Part shown: piece by piece, positions 19,004-29,497 of the stretch
How the letters are laid out: the number at the start of each line of letters is the position of its first letter
How positions within the stretch are numbered: position 1 is the stretch's first letter
Source of the DNA: Escherichia phage GEP101
Sequence record: PQ036202
Direction: 5' to 3' (one strand)
DNA: 64,000 nucleotides
Program-made: the position numbers and the translations under genes
The notes under the pieces: generated by a model
Databases searched by the model: none
Seen by the model: the letters and a program-made list of their open reading frames with translations, nothing else
Told to the model about the DNA's origin: nothing

Positions 19004-21238
19004 ATGATTAAGACAATTAAAAAATCAAACGGTACAGTAGTAAGCTTTGACCCAGAAAGACTGAATAAGTGGGCATCATGGGCAGACAAGCGTGGAATTA
19101 TCTGGTCAGAAGTCACTATGGAAGCTATGAAACGTGTCTATGAGGGTTGCACTACAAAAGAGATGCACCAAGCCATGATTGATGTTTGTGTTGATAAACA
19201 AACTCAAGAGTACTCAGACATGGCTGGACGACTACTTCTGGGTATTATCTACAAAGAAGCCTTTGGAGGCTTTACTAAGGTTCCTACGCTGGTCACCTTC
19301 GTTAAAAATATGGAGAGAGCAGGGCTTTGGGAGAAGATGGACTATTCTCAGGAAGAGCTTGAATACCTGCAAGGTTATATCGTGCACTCAAAAGATATCT
19401 CTTACGGTTATGCAGTCCTGAAACAGTTCAGAGACAAGTATGGTATCCGTGATATTAAAACGGGAAGACTTTTTGAGTCACCACAGTTTATGTTTATGGG
19501 TATGGCTATGAAAGCCTTTGAGAAGCAACCAAAGCACCGTAGGCTGCAAGATGTGATTAAGCTGTACACTTACCTATCTGACCTGAAGATTAACGCTCCT
19601 ACGCCTTATCTGAATGGTTTAAGAGCTACTAAATCAGGTTATGCGTCATGCTGTTTGATTAAGGCAAATGATACCGCTGAATCTCTAGGTATTGCTGCAA
19701 AGGTTGCCTATGACATGACCACAAAGCAAGCTGGTATTGGGATGCTGATGGAGACTCGCACTATTGGTGATGGTATCCGTCAAAACACTATTGAGCACAT
19801 GGGTAAACTACCTTATTACAAGCTTGTACGTTCATCTGTAGAGGCAAACAAACAGAAGAGTCGTGGTGGTTCAGCTAATAACTTCTACACTGCTCTAGAC
19901 CCGCAGATTGAAGATTTACTGCGTTTGAAGCACCCGACAACGGTTCCTTCGAAACGTATTAATGAGATGGACTACTCATTCGGCACAAATGATTATTTCT
20001 GGCAGTGTGTTCAATATGATACAGACTGGTTGCTATTCTCTTACAAGGATGCACCAAAACTTTATGACATGTTCTACACAGCATCTGCTGATGAGTTTGC
20101 TATGGCAGTTGGTCACGCAGTCCATTCAGGTGTTAAGCACAGACGGGTGAAGGCTCGTGAAATTGCTAAACTGTTTATCCAGCAGCGTTATGCAACAGGT
20201 CGTGTGTATCCATTCTTCACGAATAATGCAAACACACATACACCATTTAAAGAACCTTTGAAGATGTCAAATCTTTGTATGGAAATTGTGTTGCCAGTGT
20301 ACGGCTTTGAGAAAGAGACAGACCTTTACAGAGATGATGCTGTGAAAGAGGATGGTGAGGTAGCTCTTTGCTTCCTAGCTAGTTTGGTTGCAGGGAGAAT
20401 TTCAGAAGATGAATACGCTGACGTTGCTTATTATGCTCTTGCAATGGTTGACTCCGTTATCGACCTTATGGATTATCCGTATCCGTCGATGTGCAACCAT
20501 GTTCAGAAGCGTCGTTCTGTTGGGATTGGCCTTACAAATGTGGCTCATTACCTTGCGAAAAACTACGTGAACTACTCTTCAAGAGCAGGTAAGACAAAGC
20601 TTCATGAGCTTGCTGAAATGCACTCTTACTACTTACACGAAGCTTCTTTAAGACTTGCTAAAGAACGTGGTGTGCCTGAGTATATGCAGTTCACTAAGTA
20701 TCCTGAAGGTTGGGTTCCTCCGAAAACAGCTAACAGGAAGATTGATGAGAAGCATGATGCAAAACTTCGTTATGATTGGGATGACTTAGCACAACGTATT
20801 AAAGAAAATGGTGGAATCCGTAACTCTGTATTAGAAGCTTACATGCCTAATGAGAGTTCTTCACTGGCAACTAATACGACAAATGGCTTGTATCCAATTC
20901 GTGACTTTATTTTAACTAAAAAGTCTGCAACTGGTAACGTACTGTTTATTGTTCCAGATTACGAAGAGTTGAAGTATGTCTATGAAATTGCTTGGGATAT
21001 TGACACCTTTGACCTGATTGATTGTTATGCAATTGTTCAAAAGTTCACTGGTCAAGCTATCTCTTCAGATTTCTATGTTGACTATGCAAAGTCTAAGAAG
21101 GTATCATTGGCTCAAGCTTTGAAGTACATGATTTATGCCAACTCAGTAGGTATGAAAACCATGTACTACCTTAACAGTCGCATTGGTGTAGGTAAATCTG
21201 CACTGCAAGATGCTTATTGCGAGGGTTGTGGTGTTTAG
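19004..21238 (+). CDS. nrdA: ribonucleotide reductase class Ia large subunit
   Basis: N-terminal ATP-cone-like segment, SNLCMEI active-site region; 744 aa. Confidence 0.9.
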   Translation: MIKTIKKSNGTVVSFDPERLNKWASWADKRGIIWSEVTMEAMKRVYEGCTTKEMHQAMIDVCVDKQTQEYSDMAGRLLLGIIYKEAFGGFTKVPTLVTFVKNMERAGLWEKMDYSQEELEYLQGYIVHSKDISYGYAVLKQFRDKYGIRDIKTGRLFESPQFMFMGMAMKAFEKQPKHRRLQDVIKLYTYLSDLKINAPTPYLNGLRATKSGYASCCLIKANDTAESLGIAAKVAYDMTTKQAGIGMLMETRTIGDGIRQNTIEHMGKLPYYKLVRSSVEANKQKSRGGSANNFYTALDPQIEDLLRLKHPTTVPSKRINEMDYSFGTNDYFWQCVQYDTDWLLFSYKDAPKLYDMFYTASADEFAMAVGHAVHSGVKHRRVKAREIAKLFIQQRYATGRVYPFFTNNANTHTPFKEPLKMSNLCMEIVLPVYGFEKETDLYRDDAVKEDGEVALCFLASLVAGRISEDEYADVAYYALAMVDSVIDLMDYPYPSMCNHVQKRRSVGIGLTNVAHYLAKNYVNYSSRAGKTKLHELAEMHSYYLHEASLRLAKERGVPEYMQFTKYPEGWVPPKTANRKIDEKHDAKLRYDWDDLAQRIKENGGIRNSVLEAYMPNESSSLATNTTNGLYPIRDFILTKKSATGNVLFIVPDYEELKYVYEIAWDIDTFDLIDCYAIVQKFTGQAISSDFYVDYAKSKKVSLAQALKYMIYANSVGMKTMYYLNSRIGVGKSALQDAYCEGCGV

Positions 21239-21293
21239 TTTTAATAACTATGAGGGTCGTAAAAGACCCTCTAAAATTAACTTTGGAGAGACC

Positions 21294-21551
21294 ATGAGAG
21301 ATTTAATAGAAAAACATGAACGACCTATATACTTGCTCCACAAGCCTCGAAAAACGATGTACTATGTGAGTAGCACAGATATGATGATAAAACAAAAGGA
21401 TGACTCATGGGTTGCTGGTATCTCTTACATCTCTACAGCAGATGGTAAAATCTACGCAAGACCTTATGAGATGTTCAACAAAGAAAATTGGGAAGTTTTA
21501 GACAGAAAACAAGCCTCAGAAATGATAAAGAAAGGAGAAATCACGCTATGA
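21294..21551 (+). CDS. hypothetical protein
   Basis: Track ORF trimmed to Met with GGAGAG RBS (ATG 21294); stop overlaps nrdB start (ATGA). Confidence 0.35.
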   Translation: MRDLIEKHERPIYLLHKPRKTMYYVSSTDMMIKQKDDSWVAGISYISTADGKIYARPYEMFNKENWEVLDRKQASEMIKKGEITL

Positions 21552-22621
21552 TTAACCAGCACCCAATCTTTTTAGGTGGTGAGAGAAAAACTTTTGACTC
21601 ACTTAATAAACACTACCCAAAAATCTTTGAACTTTATAAACAACAAAAAGCACAAGACTGGTCAGAAGATGAGTTCCCTTTTGAACAATCACGTCTTGAT
21701 TTTGAGAGTGTTCCAGCATCTATGTCAGGTGTAATGCTTGAGATTCTTAAGTGGCAATGGGAAGCAGATACCCAAGTTGCTAAGAGCTTGGCATTTGCCT
21801 TTGCACCATTTATCTCTGATGACATCTATGCAACTGCAATTATGAAGCAGTCTGAGATTGAAAACCTACATGCTCTTACTTACTCGGAGATTGTCAGACA
21901 ATGTATTAAAAACCCTGAAACAATCTTAGATGAGATTAACCAGAATGTTGCTGTACAAGACCGATTAAAAACTGTGAATCGTGTTCTTGAAGAATTACTG
22001 GATGAAGGGATAAACTATCGACTGAGTTATGTGCGTGACTCGCTTCTGGACAAAGACCCTTTACACTTCCATAAAGTGATTCTGAAAGGTCTATTTGCAG
22101 TGACTGCACTTGAAGGTATTTCTTTTATGGCATCCTTTGCATGTACTTTTGCACTTGATGCTCAAGATAAATTTCAAGGTATTGCTCAAGCTGTACAGAA
22201 AATTATGCTTGACGAAATCCTTCACACTAAAATTGATATTGAAGTTTTAAAAGAAACTTTAAGAGATGATGAGTGGCAAAAAGCTTTCCAACAAATTCTT
22301 CCAGAGATTAAAGTAATCTTAGATGAAGTAGTTGAAAGTGAAGAAAAATGGTCGTATTATATCTTCTCCGAAGGACGTGCTGTAGTTGGTTTAAATACAA
22401 AACTTCTTCATGAGTGGGTTTACTATAATGCTGCCCCACTGTATGATATGTTTAGCATTCCCAGAGATTTTGTAGCTCCTAAAGAACCACCTTTGAAGTA
22501 TATGATTAAGAAGATGGAAATTGATAAAGAGCAGAATGCTAATCAGGAGCAACAGAACGGTGCGTATTTATTAAATACTGTTGTAGACGATTTGAATAGT
22601 GGATTTTTAGAGGTTCCTTAA
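21548..22621 (+). CDS. nrdB: ribonucleotide reductase class Ia small subunit
   Basis: Position after nrdA, size, ferritin-like helical composition; start set at MINQHP (ATG 21548). Confidence 0.8.
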   Translation: MINQHPIFLGGERKTFDSLNKHYPKIFELYKQQKAQDWSEDEFPFEQSRLDFESVPASMSGVMLEILKWQWEADTQVAKSLAFAFAPFISDDIYATAIMKQSEIENLHALTYSEIVRQCIKNPETILDEINQNVAVQDRLKTVNRVLEELLDEGINYRLSYVRDSLLDKDPLHFHKVILKGLFAVTALEGISFMASFACTFALDAQDKFQGIAQAVQKIMLDEILHTKIDIEVLKETLRDDEWQKAFQQILPEIKVILDEVVESEEKWSYYIFSEGRAVVGLNTKLLHEWVYYNAAPLYDMFSIPRDFVAPKEPPLKYMIKKMEIDKEQNANQEQQNGAYLLNTVVDDLNSGFLEVP

Positions 22622-22863
22622 TGACTTATGTAATTTACTCCAAAACTGGATGCCCTCAGTGTGAGACTGCAAAGAATTTTGCAAAAGCTCGTGGTATTGA
22701 CCATGTTGTGAGAATGTTAGGGCAGGACTATGAGCTATCGGAACTAATGGACATTGCACAGATGCCAGTTCGTCAGATGCCATTCATCATGAAAACTGAT
22801 GGACAAAACCTAAAACCTGTTGGGACGCTACAGAATTTTATGGCAGAGGTGAATAATGCTTAA
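22621..22863 (+). CDS. glutaredoxin-like protein (NrdH-like)
   Basis: CPQC redox motif near N-terminus; 80 aa; adjacent to nrdB. Confidence 0.65.
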   Translation: MTYVIYSKTGCPQCETAKNFAKARGIDHVVRMLGQDYELSELMDIAQMPVRQMPFIMKTDGQNLKPVGTLQNFMAEVNNA

Positions 22864-23062
22864 ACGCCTTTGGGAAGGCTTGGTTATTGATGCACCAGCT
22901 ATTGTGATTGGTATGCTTGTTGTTAACCTATTTACTGATTTTGAACAAGGTTCATTGTTTGGAGCCATGTTACTATGGGTTATCTTTGAAATATTAGAAA
23001 TACAGTTAGGCATCACTGAAAAACTAAGAGAACTCTTTTCGAAGTTTTCTAAAAAGATTTAA
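22856..23062 (+). CDS. small membrane protein (hypothetical)
   Basis: Two hydrophobic helices; 68 aa. Confidence 0.35.
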   Translation: MLKRLWEGLVIDAPAIVIGMLVVNLFTDFEQGSLFGAMLLWVIFEILEIQLGITEKLRELFSKFSKKI

Positions 23063-23068
23063 AATGAA

Positions 23069-23093
23069 AGGGTCTCTTCGGAGACCTTTTTAT
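23069..23093 (+). terminator. rho-independent terminator (UUCG-loop type)
   Basis: AGGTCTC-TTCG-GAGACCT then TTTTT. Confidence 0.65.
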
Positions 23094-23110
23094 CATGTAA
23101 AGGGGCAATA

Positions 23111-25255
23111 ATGAACAAAGTACAAATTATTAAAAAGAATGGCTCACTTGAAGAACCGGATATCAAAAAAGTTTTAGCAGCAGTAACTAAGTCAGCTAAC
23201 AGGGTTGGATATAAAGAACTTCCACCAGATGTTACCCAAGCTCTTGAGTCAGCATTTATGAGGATTCTGGTAAAGTCCACTAAGCAGAATAACTTACTTA
23301 TCTCAGTAAATGATATTCACAGCATTGTTGAGGGTGCTTTGGCAGAAGTCAATCACGAGATTTATGAATCTTATTCAACATACAGAAATTACCGTAAAGA
23401 AGTCGCTCAAAATTGGGATGAGCTTTACCAAAAGACCAGAGACACACTCTTCTTAGGTGACCGTGAAAATGCTAACTTTGACAGTAGTTTAATTTCTACA
23501 AAAGGTTCAATCATTCGTGGTTACTTGACTAAAGAAATCTTTAAACAGTACCATTTAACACCAGAGGAACTTGAAGCCATTGAAAAAGGGTTTATCTATA
23601 TCCACGATTTAAGAGACCTGATTTTTGGTGGTATCAACTGTTGCCTGTTTGACATTGGTAAAGTACTGAAAGGTGGCTTTGAAATGTCTGGCATTGAATA
23701 CTGTGAACCGAAGTCTGTACTGTCAGCCTTACAAGTTATCGGTGATGTAGTTCTTTCAGCAACTGCACAGCAATTTGGTGGATTTACTTTAGCAGAGATT
23801 GATAAGGTGCTTGTACCGTATGCTAAGAAGTCTCTACGCTATCATGCTGAGAAAGCAGCATCTTACGGTATTCCTAAAGAACATTACCATAACTATGTCA
23901 TGGAGCAGCTACAGATTGAATTAACTCAAGGCTTCCAGTCACTAGAGATGAAACTAAATACTGTACCTTGTAGCCGTGGTGATTTTGCATTCACAACTTT
24001 AACATTTGGTTTACTTGACTCAGACATGTCTAATGAAGACAACCGGCTACAATACATGATTGCAAACACCATTCTTGATGTTCGCATGAATGGACAAGGT
24101 AAGAGTAAGAAGCCTGTTGTATTCCCTAAACTGGTTTATATTCATGACCAGAAGAGACACGATGAGAATATCTGTCAAGGCCAACTGTACAGTAAAGCTA
24201 TTGAGTGTTGCTCTAAAGCAATGTATCCAGATTTCTTAAGCGTATCTGGTCATGGTGCTGTAGCAGAGGCTTTTGAGCGTTCTGGCAAGGTAATTTCACC
24301 GATGGGTTGCAGAGCTTTCTTATCCCCATATCTTAACGAGAATGGAGAAGAGTTCTACGTTGGTCGTGCTAATATTGGTGCTGTATCTTTGAACTTGCCA
24401 ATGATTTACCAGTATTCTAAAGAGAGTGGTTTAGATTTCTGGAAAGAGCTTGATAAGTACCTAGAGATGATTCGCAGCTTCCACAAGAAACGCTACGAAA
24501 TGATTGCTAATATGCCAGCAAGTTCTAACCCTCTTGCATTCACACAAGGTGGTCTGTACAAAGGGACTAAGAAACCTACTGACAAGGTTGGCTGGGATAT
24601 TGTGAAGTCTTTCACAGCTTCTTTTGGGGTTACTGCGCTTGATGAGTTATCTGTTCTTGCTGAGGGTAAACGACTTCATGAAGTTGGAAGCTGTAGTTTT
24701 GCATACGATGTTCTAGCATACATTAACATGAAAACTGAAGAGTTTAAGGATGAAGATGGCTTCTTGTATGCAGTCTATGGCACTCCAGCAGAATCACTTT
24801 GTGGGACTCAGCTAAAACAGTTCAGAGAAATGTTTGGTGTTATCAAAGGCGTTTCTGACAAGGAATACTTTACAAACAGTTTCCATATGAATGTTGCAGC
24901 AGACATCTCACCATTTGAGAAGCAGGACTTAGAAGAGCCATTCTTCCATATCTGTAGAGGTGGCAGAATCCAGTATGTAAGGGTAGCTAACCCAGAAAAC
25001 TTAACAGCACTTAAAAGTTGTATTACAAGAGGCATGTTGAAAGGCTTTTATCAGGGACTTAACTTTGACTTAGCAATCTGTGAACATTGTGGTAACAGAC
25101 CAAAGGCTGATGTTGAAGAATGTGAAGTTTGCCATTCACATGATATCTCTGTGATTAACAGGGTGTGCGGGTACTTGGGGTGGACTAAGATTAAAGGCGA
25201 ATCCCGAATGAATGATGCAAAAATTGCTGAGATTCGTGACAGGATTTCTATGTAA
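23111..25255 (+). CDS. nrdD: anaerobic ribonucleoside-triphosphate reductase
   Basis: C-terminal glycyl-radical motif RVCGY, Cys cluster CEHCG...CEVCH; 714 aa. Confidence 0.9.
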   Translation: MNKVQIIKKNGSLEEPDIKKVLAAVTKSANRVGYKELPPDVTQALESAFMRILVKSTKQNNLLISVNDIHSIVEGALAEVNHEIYESYSTYRNYRKEVAQNWDELYQKTRDTLFLGDRENANFDSSLISTKGSIIRGYLTKEIFKQYHLTPEELEAIEKGFIYIHDLRDLIFGGINCCLFDIGKVLKGGFEMSGIEYCEPKSVLSALQVIGDVVLSATAQQFGGFTLAEIDKVLVPYAKKSLRYHAEKAASYGIPKEHYHNYVMEQLQIELTQGFQSLEMKLNTVPCSRGDFAFTTLTFGLLDSDMSNEDNRLQYMIANTILDVRMNGQGKSKKPVVFPKLVYIHDQKRHDENICQGQLYSKAIECCSKAMYPDFLSVSGHGAVAEAFERSGKVISPMGCRAFLSPYLNENGEEFYVGRANIGAVSLNLPMIYQYSKESGLDFWKELDKYLEMIRSFHKKRYEMIANMPASSNPLAFTQGGLYKGTKKPTDKVGWDIVKSFTASFGVTALDELSVLAEGKRLHEVGSCSFAYDVLAYINMKTEEFKDEDGFLYAVYGTPAESLCGTQLKQFREMFGVIKGVSDKEYFTNSFHMNVAADISPFEKQDLEEPFFHICRGGRIQYVRVANPENLTALKSCITRGMLKGFYQGLNFDLAICEHCGNRPKADVEECEVCHSHDISVINRVCGYLGWTKIKGESRMNDAKIAEIRDRISM

Positions 25256-25408
25256 AACTTGACAAGGTGGTGTGAGTCTTGATAGGCTTACATCACCTTT
25301 TTTATTGGATGTTAGACATGGCAGAGAATATTATTGGGTTGTTCATAGGTTCTGTTTTACTAGGGTTCTTTTAGGACTTTCTTATTGTGAATTGAGAGAT
25401 AAGTTAAA

Positions 25409-25609
25409 ATGTTTAAAATATCAAAAACGTTGATATACATACTCCACATTCTAATCTTCTTCTTTGGGGTTAGTGTTATGGTATGGGGTTTTTCAGACCC
25501 ACAATGGAGTTTATCATATCATGGGCAAATGGATTTATGGTCATGCTTCAAACCATTTTTAGGGTTAGCTATAGCATTCAGTGCATTACCAACTAAGGTG
25601 AAATTATGA
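25409..25609 (+). CDS. small membrane protein (hypothetical)
   Basis: 66 aa, hydrophobic. Confidence 0.35.
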   Translation: MFKISKTLIYILHILIFFFGVSVMVWGFSDPQWSLSYHGQMDLWSCFKPFLGLAIAFSALPTKVKL

Positions 25610-26001
25610 TTAAGTTGAACAAAAAACAGCTAGAGTGGATTAAAGATTACGCCTCAGAGTGTGGCTCTTGCGAAAAGAATCACGTAAGATATTCAACATT
25701 CCATATAACCTTCACATTGTACATCAGTAACAGTGTTCTAAGTGATTCCGTAGAAGACGGTGTAGTATTGCCTAATGAGTTACTTGATAAACTAGCTGTA
25801 GTCACTGGAACTTGGTCTGAAGAAGATGGTCACGAACTCTCTGATGATGTTGTCTTCTGCACTCTTGAAAACATTATGAATCCAGAGTACATTATGCTAA
25901 TGACGTGTGCACAAGACTGTGTACCATTACAAAACTTCATTAAAGAACACTGTGAAGAATTTATTACTAAACAGGTTCCTTGTCAGGTAGTGTTTGAATA
26001 A
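25606..26001 (+). CDS. hypothetical protein
   Basis: 131-aa ORF. Confidence 0.4.
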   Translation: MIKLNKKQLEWIKDYASECGSCEKNHVRYSTFHITFTLYISNSVLSDSVEDGVVLPNELLDKLAVVTGTWSEEDGHELSDDVVFCTLENIMNPEYIMLMTCAQDCVPLQNFIKEHCEEFITKQVPCQVVFE

Positions 26002-26036
26002 GTAAAACAATTAAATAATATTGGTGAGGTAACTAG

Positions 26037-26522
26037 ATGAATTACATGGAGATTCGACCATTTGACACAGCTAATGGTGAAGGGGTTCGGGTAAGCCTCT
26101 TCGTAGCTGGCTGTAAACATCACTGTGAAGGCTGCTTTAACAGGGAGTCTTGGAAGTTTAATGCTGGTAAAGAGTTTACTTATGCAAACCTCTACGGCAT
26201 CATTAAATTAATGGATGATGAGGCCATCAGTGGGTTGTCAATACTCGGTGGAGAACCTCTTGATGACAGAAACATTCAAGAAGTCACCAACATATGTAAA
26301 CGTATTAAAACTGTTTACCCAGAAAAGTCTATCTGGCTCTGGACAGGTTTTCAGTTACACGAAAAAATTCATCTAGATGTGATGAAATATGTTGACGTGG
26401 TGATTGATGGTAAGTATGATTCTTCTAAACCAACAGTTAAACCATATCGTGGTTCTGATAACCAAAACCTCTGGAGAAAAGAGTATGGATGGCAAGGCGA
26501 TTGTCAATGGCGAGCAGAGTAA
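26037..26522 (+). CDS. nrdG: anaerobic RNR activating enzyme (radical SAM)
   Basis: CxxxCxxC cluster CKHHCEGC near N-terminus; 161 aa. Confidence 0.85.
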   Translation: MNYMEIRPFDTANGEGVRVSLFVAGCKHHCEGCFNRESWKFNAGKEFTYANLYGIIKLMDDEAISGLSILGGEPLDDRNIQEVTNICKRIKTVYPEKSIWLWTGFQLHEKIHLDVMKYVDVVIDGKYDSSKPTVKPYRGSDNQNLWRKEYGWQGDCQWRAE

Positions 26523-26559
26523 ATCTCGTCGTAAAATTGGTTACGGGAAAGGTGAGATA

Positions 26560-26862
26560 ATGGTTATCTCTTTTAACAGTGCTTTATTAGGTACTTATAA
26601 GGTTAAGACTGAACTCCTTGATGAGTGGAAAAAGTATACAAACTCACTCTTCGGTAATGTTGGAATGGAAGCCTTAGCAGAGATTGAGAAGGCTGGAACA
26701 TTCGAAGTTGTTGGTAAAGGCCACTTTACAATGTTCTACAAAACAAATTTAAACGTTGGTGACAGTATTGTTGGTGTCACTGAAGAAGAACTTAAAACAT
26801 TTTGTGAAAAGATTGAGAGAGATGCGAAATGGGAATCTGGAACAGTTTTAAATCAAAAATAA
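26560..26862 (+). CDS. hypothetical protein
   Basis: Track ORF trimmed to Met with AAAGGTGAG RBS (ATG 26560). Confidence 0.4.
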   Translation: MVISFNSALLGTYKVKTELLDEWKKYTNSLFGNVGMEALAEIEKAGTFEVVGKGHFTMFYKTNLNVGDSIVGVTEEELKTFCEKIERDAKWESGTVLNQK

Positions 26863-27086
26863 AAGCAGCACTGGCATCACTAGGTATGCTCACTGGTGTT
26901 GACGTTACTCATCTCATGCAGAACTTCAAGATGGATGAGAAGCTGGCTAATGAGATTATGAAAAGTATCTATGTAGGCCGTGGTAAAGGTGGTAAGAAAC
27001 AAGCCCACCGTCCGTCTGGTGCAGCAGCTATTAAACGAGCAGCTAAGAAAGCTCGTAACCGTAAACGTAACAAGAAGGCTAAATAA
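26829..27086 (+). CDS. small protein with highly basic C-terminus
   Basis: C-terminal KRAAKKARNRKRNKKAK. Confidence 0.35.
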   Translation: MGIWNSFKSKIKAALASLGMLTGVDVTHLMQNFKMDEKLANEIMKSIYVGRGKGGKKQAHRPSGAAAIKRAAKKARNRKRNKKAK

Positions 27087-27088
27087 TC

Positions 27089-27409
27089 ATGAGCAAAGTT
27101 TATAACACTCGTAAATTACAGATTTTCGTACTGTGCCAGTTTATGGCTAGAGAGTATAACTGCTACTATTGTGGTACAGGGTTCATTAGTGATAATGACG
27201 GCTCATATCTACCATTCAAAGAGGCTGTAAAACTCTTCAATGAAGAGAAAAGCTCTAAGAAAGATATTGAAAAGGTTAAGCTAACCTACAGCAAGAAAGA
27301 TAAGAAGATTATCTGCCTAGATAACTTTGTAAAAGTTACTGGAGAAGCAAAAGAGTTTATGGATGAGAGTGAGATTTCATTCACAAGCATCTTGAAAGTA
27401 GCTCAGTAA
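27089..27409 (+). CDS. hypothetical protein
   Basis: 106-aa ORF; terminator downstream. Confidence 0.4.
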   Translation: MSKVYNTRKLQIFVLCQFMAREYNCYYCGTGFISDNDGSYLPFKEAVKLFNEEKSSKKDIEKVKLTYSKKDKKIICLDNFVKVTGEAKEFMDESEISFTSILKVAQ

Positions 27410-27420
27410 ACAGATACTAT

Positions 27421-27450
27421 AAGGGGACTGTAAAGGTTCCCTTTTTATTT
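27421..27450 (+). terminator. rho-independent terminator
   Basis: GGGGA...TCCC hairpin then TTTTTATTTT. Confidence 0.55.
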
Positions 27451-27598
27451 TGGAGATAATATGTATCTGTCAAATCTGAAACGTTCTGCTGCAATGTCTG
27501 TCCTAAGACTGAGCTTTGAAGAACGTCAAGAGTTCATTGATTCCCACCAATACGACCCTTCTAACTCGAATTACTGATTAGAAAGATTCAAAATGATA

Positions 27599-27628
27599 TT
27601 GACGGACTCGTCAAAGATTGGCTATAGT
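27599..27628 (+). promoter_or_regulatory. sigma70-like promoter upstream of methyltransferase
   Basis: TTGACG - 18 bp - TATAGT. Confidence 0.45.
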
Positions 27629-27661
27629 TAGCTCATTGGAACGAAACACAACGGAGTAAAA

Positions 27662-28383
27662 ATGATGGATATTAAAACAGAGAATGCGTGGTTAATGTTT
27701 GGTGACTGTCTGGAGCGCATGAAAGAAATACCGGACGGTAGCGTGGATATGATTTTGTGTGATTTGCCGTATGGTACGACGCGGAATAAATGGGATTTAG
27801 TAATACCTTTCGATAAACTTTGGGCAGAGTATAAGCGGGTGTGTAGCGGCGCCGTGGTTCTCACTGCCGCGCAGCCCTTCACCTCCGCCCTTATAATGAG
27901 TAACCAAAAGGATTTCAAGTATACGTGGGTGTGGGATAAGGCTACAGCACCGGTTTTCTTAATGCTAAAAAGCAGCCCCTTCGCCAGACAGAAGATATTG
28001 TCGTTTTCGGTAAGGTTAAGACTTACAATCCAATAATGGAAGTTAGGGGAAAGCCACGCAAGAAAGGAGGGCATAATAAGCCAGGAGGCTCTGATAACTA
28101 CGGCCGGTTCGGTGACGCAGTTTCTGTCAATAACGAATATTACCCTACCAATCTGTTGCGCATATCCAACGCGGTGCGCAAGGGTAGGCTGCACCCTACA
28201 CAGAAGCCAGTGGCCTTGATGGAATACCTTATCAAGACGTACACCAACGAAGGGGATGTGGTTCTTGATAACTGCATGGGCAGCGGTACAACTGGTGTGG
28301 CATGTCGCAACACAAACCGTAAATTCATCGGTATTGAAATGGACCCGACTTATTACGGCATTGCGTGTGGGAGAATTTTATGA
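27662..28383 (+). pseudogene. DNA methyltransferase (N6A/N4C beta-class), interrupted by a frameshift
   Basis: N-terminal ORF carries DLPYG (DPPY-type), C-terminal ORF carries HPTQKP and CMGSGTTG (SAM motif); frames differ by 1 nt near 27940-27955; locally GC-rich. Confidence 0.65.
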
Positions 28384-28556
28384 CACCAACACTCCTCGAA
28401 TGGCAACGTAAGCACGGTATCACGGCTGAGGCTCTGGCTGACCTTGTGACAAAACCAGTACCAGATGGCATAGGTAAATGTTCAGTGATTTATCACGTTG
28501 TAGACCCTGCAAAATGCAAATCTGCAATGGCAGTAACAAACGTAACTTTTGATTGA
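28365..28556 (+). CDS. hypothetical small protein
   Basis: 63-aa ORF. Confidence 0.3.
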   Translation: MWENFMTPTLLEWQRKHGITAEALADLVTKPVPDGIGKCSVIYHVVDPAKCKSAMAVTNVTFD

Positions 28557-28570
28557 GAGAGAGAGAAACT

Positions 28571-29452
28571 ATGAAAACATCTATCCGTGTTACAGTTCAT
28601 TCACCAACTAAAGGGACTCATGAAGAAGAGTTTAACATCATCCAATTCCCTTCTGGTGAGATTGGTGGACACTTTTCACCAGAGTTTGTTGATTTTACTA
28701 CCTATGCAGCATCATCTATCAACAATGTGATTATGATTGTAAAAGGCTATGATAAAGATATATTGTTTGCTGTGGCACTTGCTAAAGAGGCAGTGGACAA
28801 CTTAGTACCTCATAAGTTTGCTATGAAGACTGTTATCTTTTACTATTTACCAAATGCACGTTATGACCGTCACATGTTTAAAGGTGATGCAGCAGCTTTG
28901 AAAGTGTTTGCACAACAGGTTAATGCAATGGGTTTTGATGCAGTCTGTGCAGTTGACCCTCACAGTTATGTGCCAGATAACCTGTTTAACTGCTTCCAGA
29001 GCATTCCTCAAAAGGAAATTGCAGTCCACTATGCAAATGACCCACTGGTTGATTACTTAGTAGCCCCAGATGCAGGTGCTTCTAAGAAGATTGCAGAAAC
29101 TGCTAAAGAAGTGGATAAACCATACATCACAATGTCTAAAGTACGTAACCTTAAGACTGGTGAAATTACTGGTATGCGAATCCTTGATGATGTTGATTTG
29201 ACCGATAAAACTGTTATGATTCTCGATGATATCTGTGATGGTGGTCGAACCTTCATAGAAGCAGCTAAACATCTTCGTGAAGCAGGTGCAAAACGTGTGG
29301 AACTCTATGTAACTCATGGTATCTTCTCTAAAGGTGTTGAAAACTTACTTGACAATGGTATTGACCATATCTACACTACAAACTCTTTAGGGGAAGCTAA
29401 AGACCGTGGCTTAACACATTATGCCCAAGTTACTGTAGCAAACCTTGATTAA
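28571..29452 (+). CDS. prs: ribose-phosphate pyrophosphokinase family protein (Prs-like; possible ADP-ribose pyrophosphokinase)
   Basis: PRPP-binding motif ILDDICDGGRT, VDPHS; start set at ATG 28571 with GAGAGAG RBS. Confidence 0.8.
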   Translation: MKTSIRVTVHSPTKGTHEEEFNIIQFPSGEIGGHFSPEFVDFTTYAASSINNVIMIVKGYDKDILFAVALAKEAVDNLVPHKFAMKTVIFYYLPNARYDRHMFKGDAAALKVFAQQVNAMGFDAVCAVDPHSYVPDNLFNCFQSIPQKEIAVHYANDPLVDYLVAPDAGASKKIAETAKEVDKPYITMSKVRNLKTGEITGMRILDDVDLTDKTVMILDDICDGGRTFIEAAKHLREAGAKRVELYVTHGIFSKGVENLLDNGIDHIYTTNSLGEAKDRGLTHYAQVTVANLD

Positions 29453-29497
29453 AACTTTATAGGGGCTTTTAAGCCCCATTTTGAGAGAGATTAAAAG

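Noticed and set aside
27628-28194. 188-aa minus-strand ORF
   Set aside because: Antisense shadow ORF inside the GC-rich methyltransferase region; the sense strand carries the recognisable motifs
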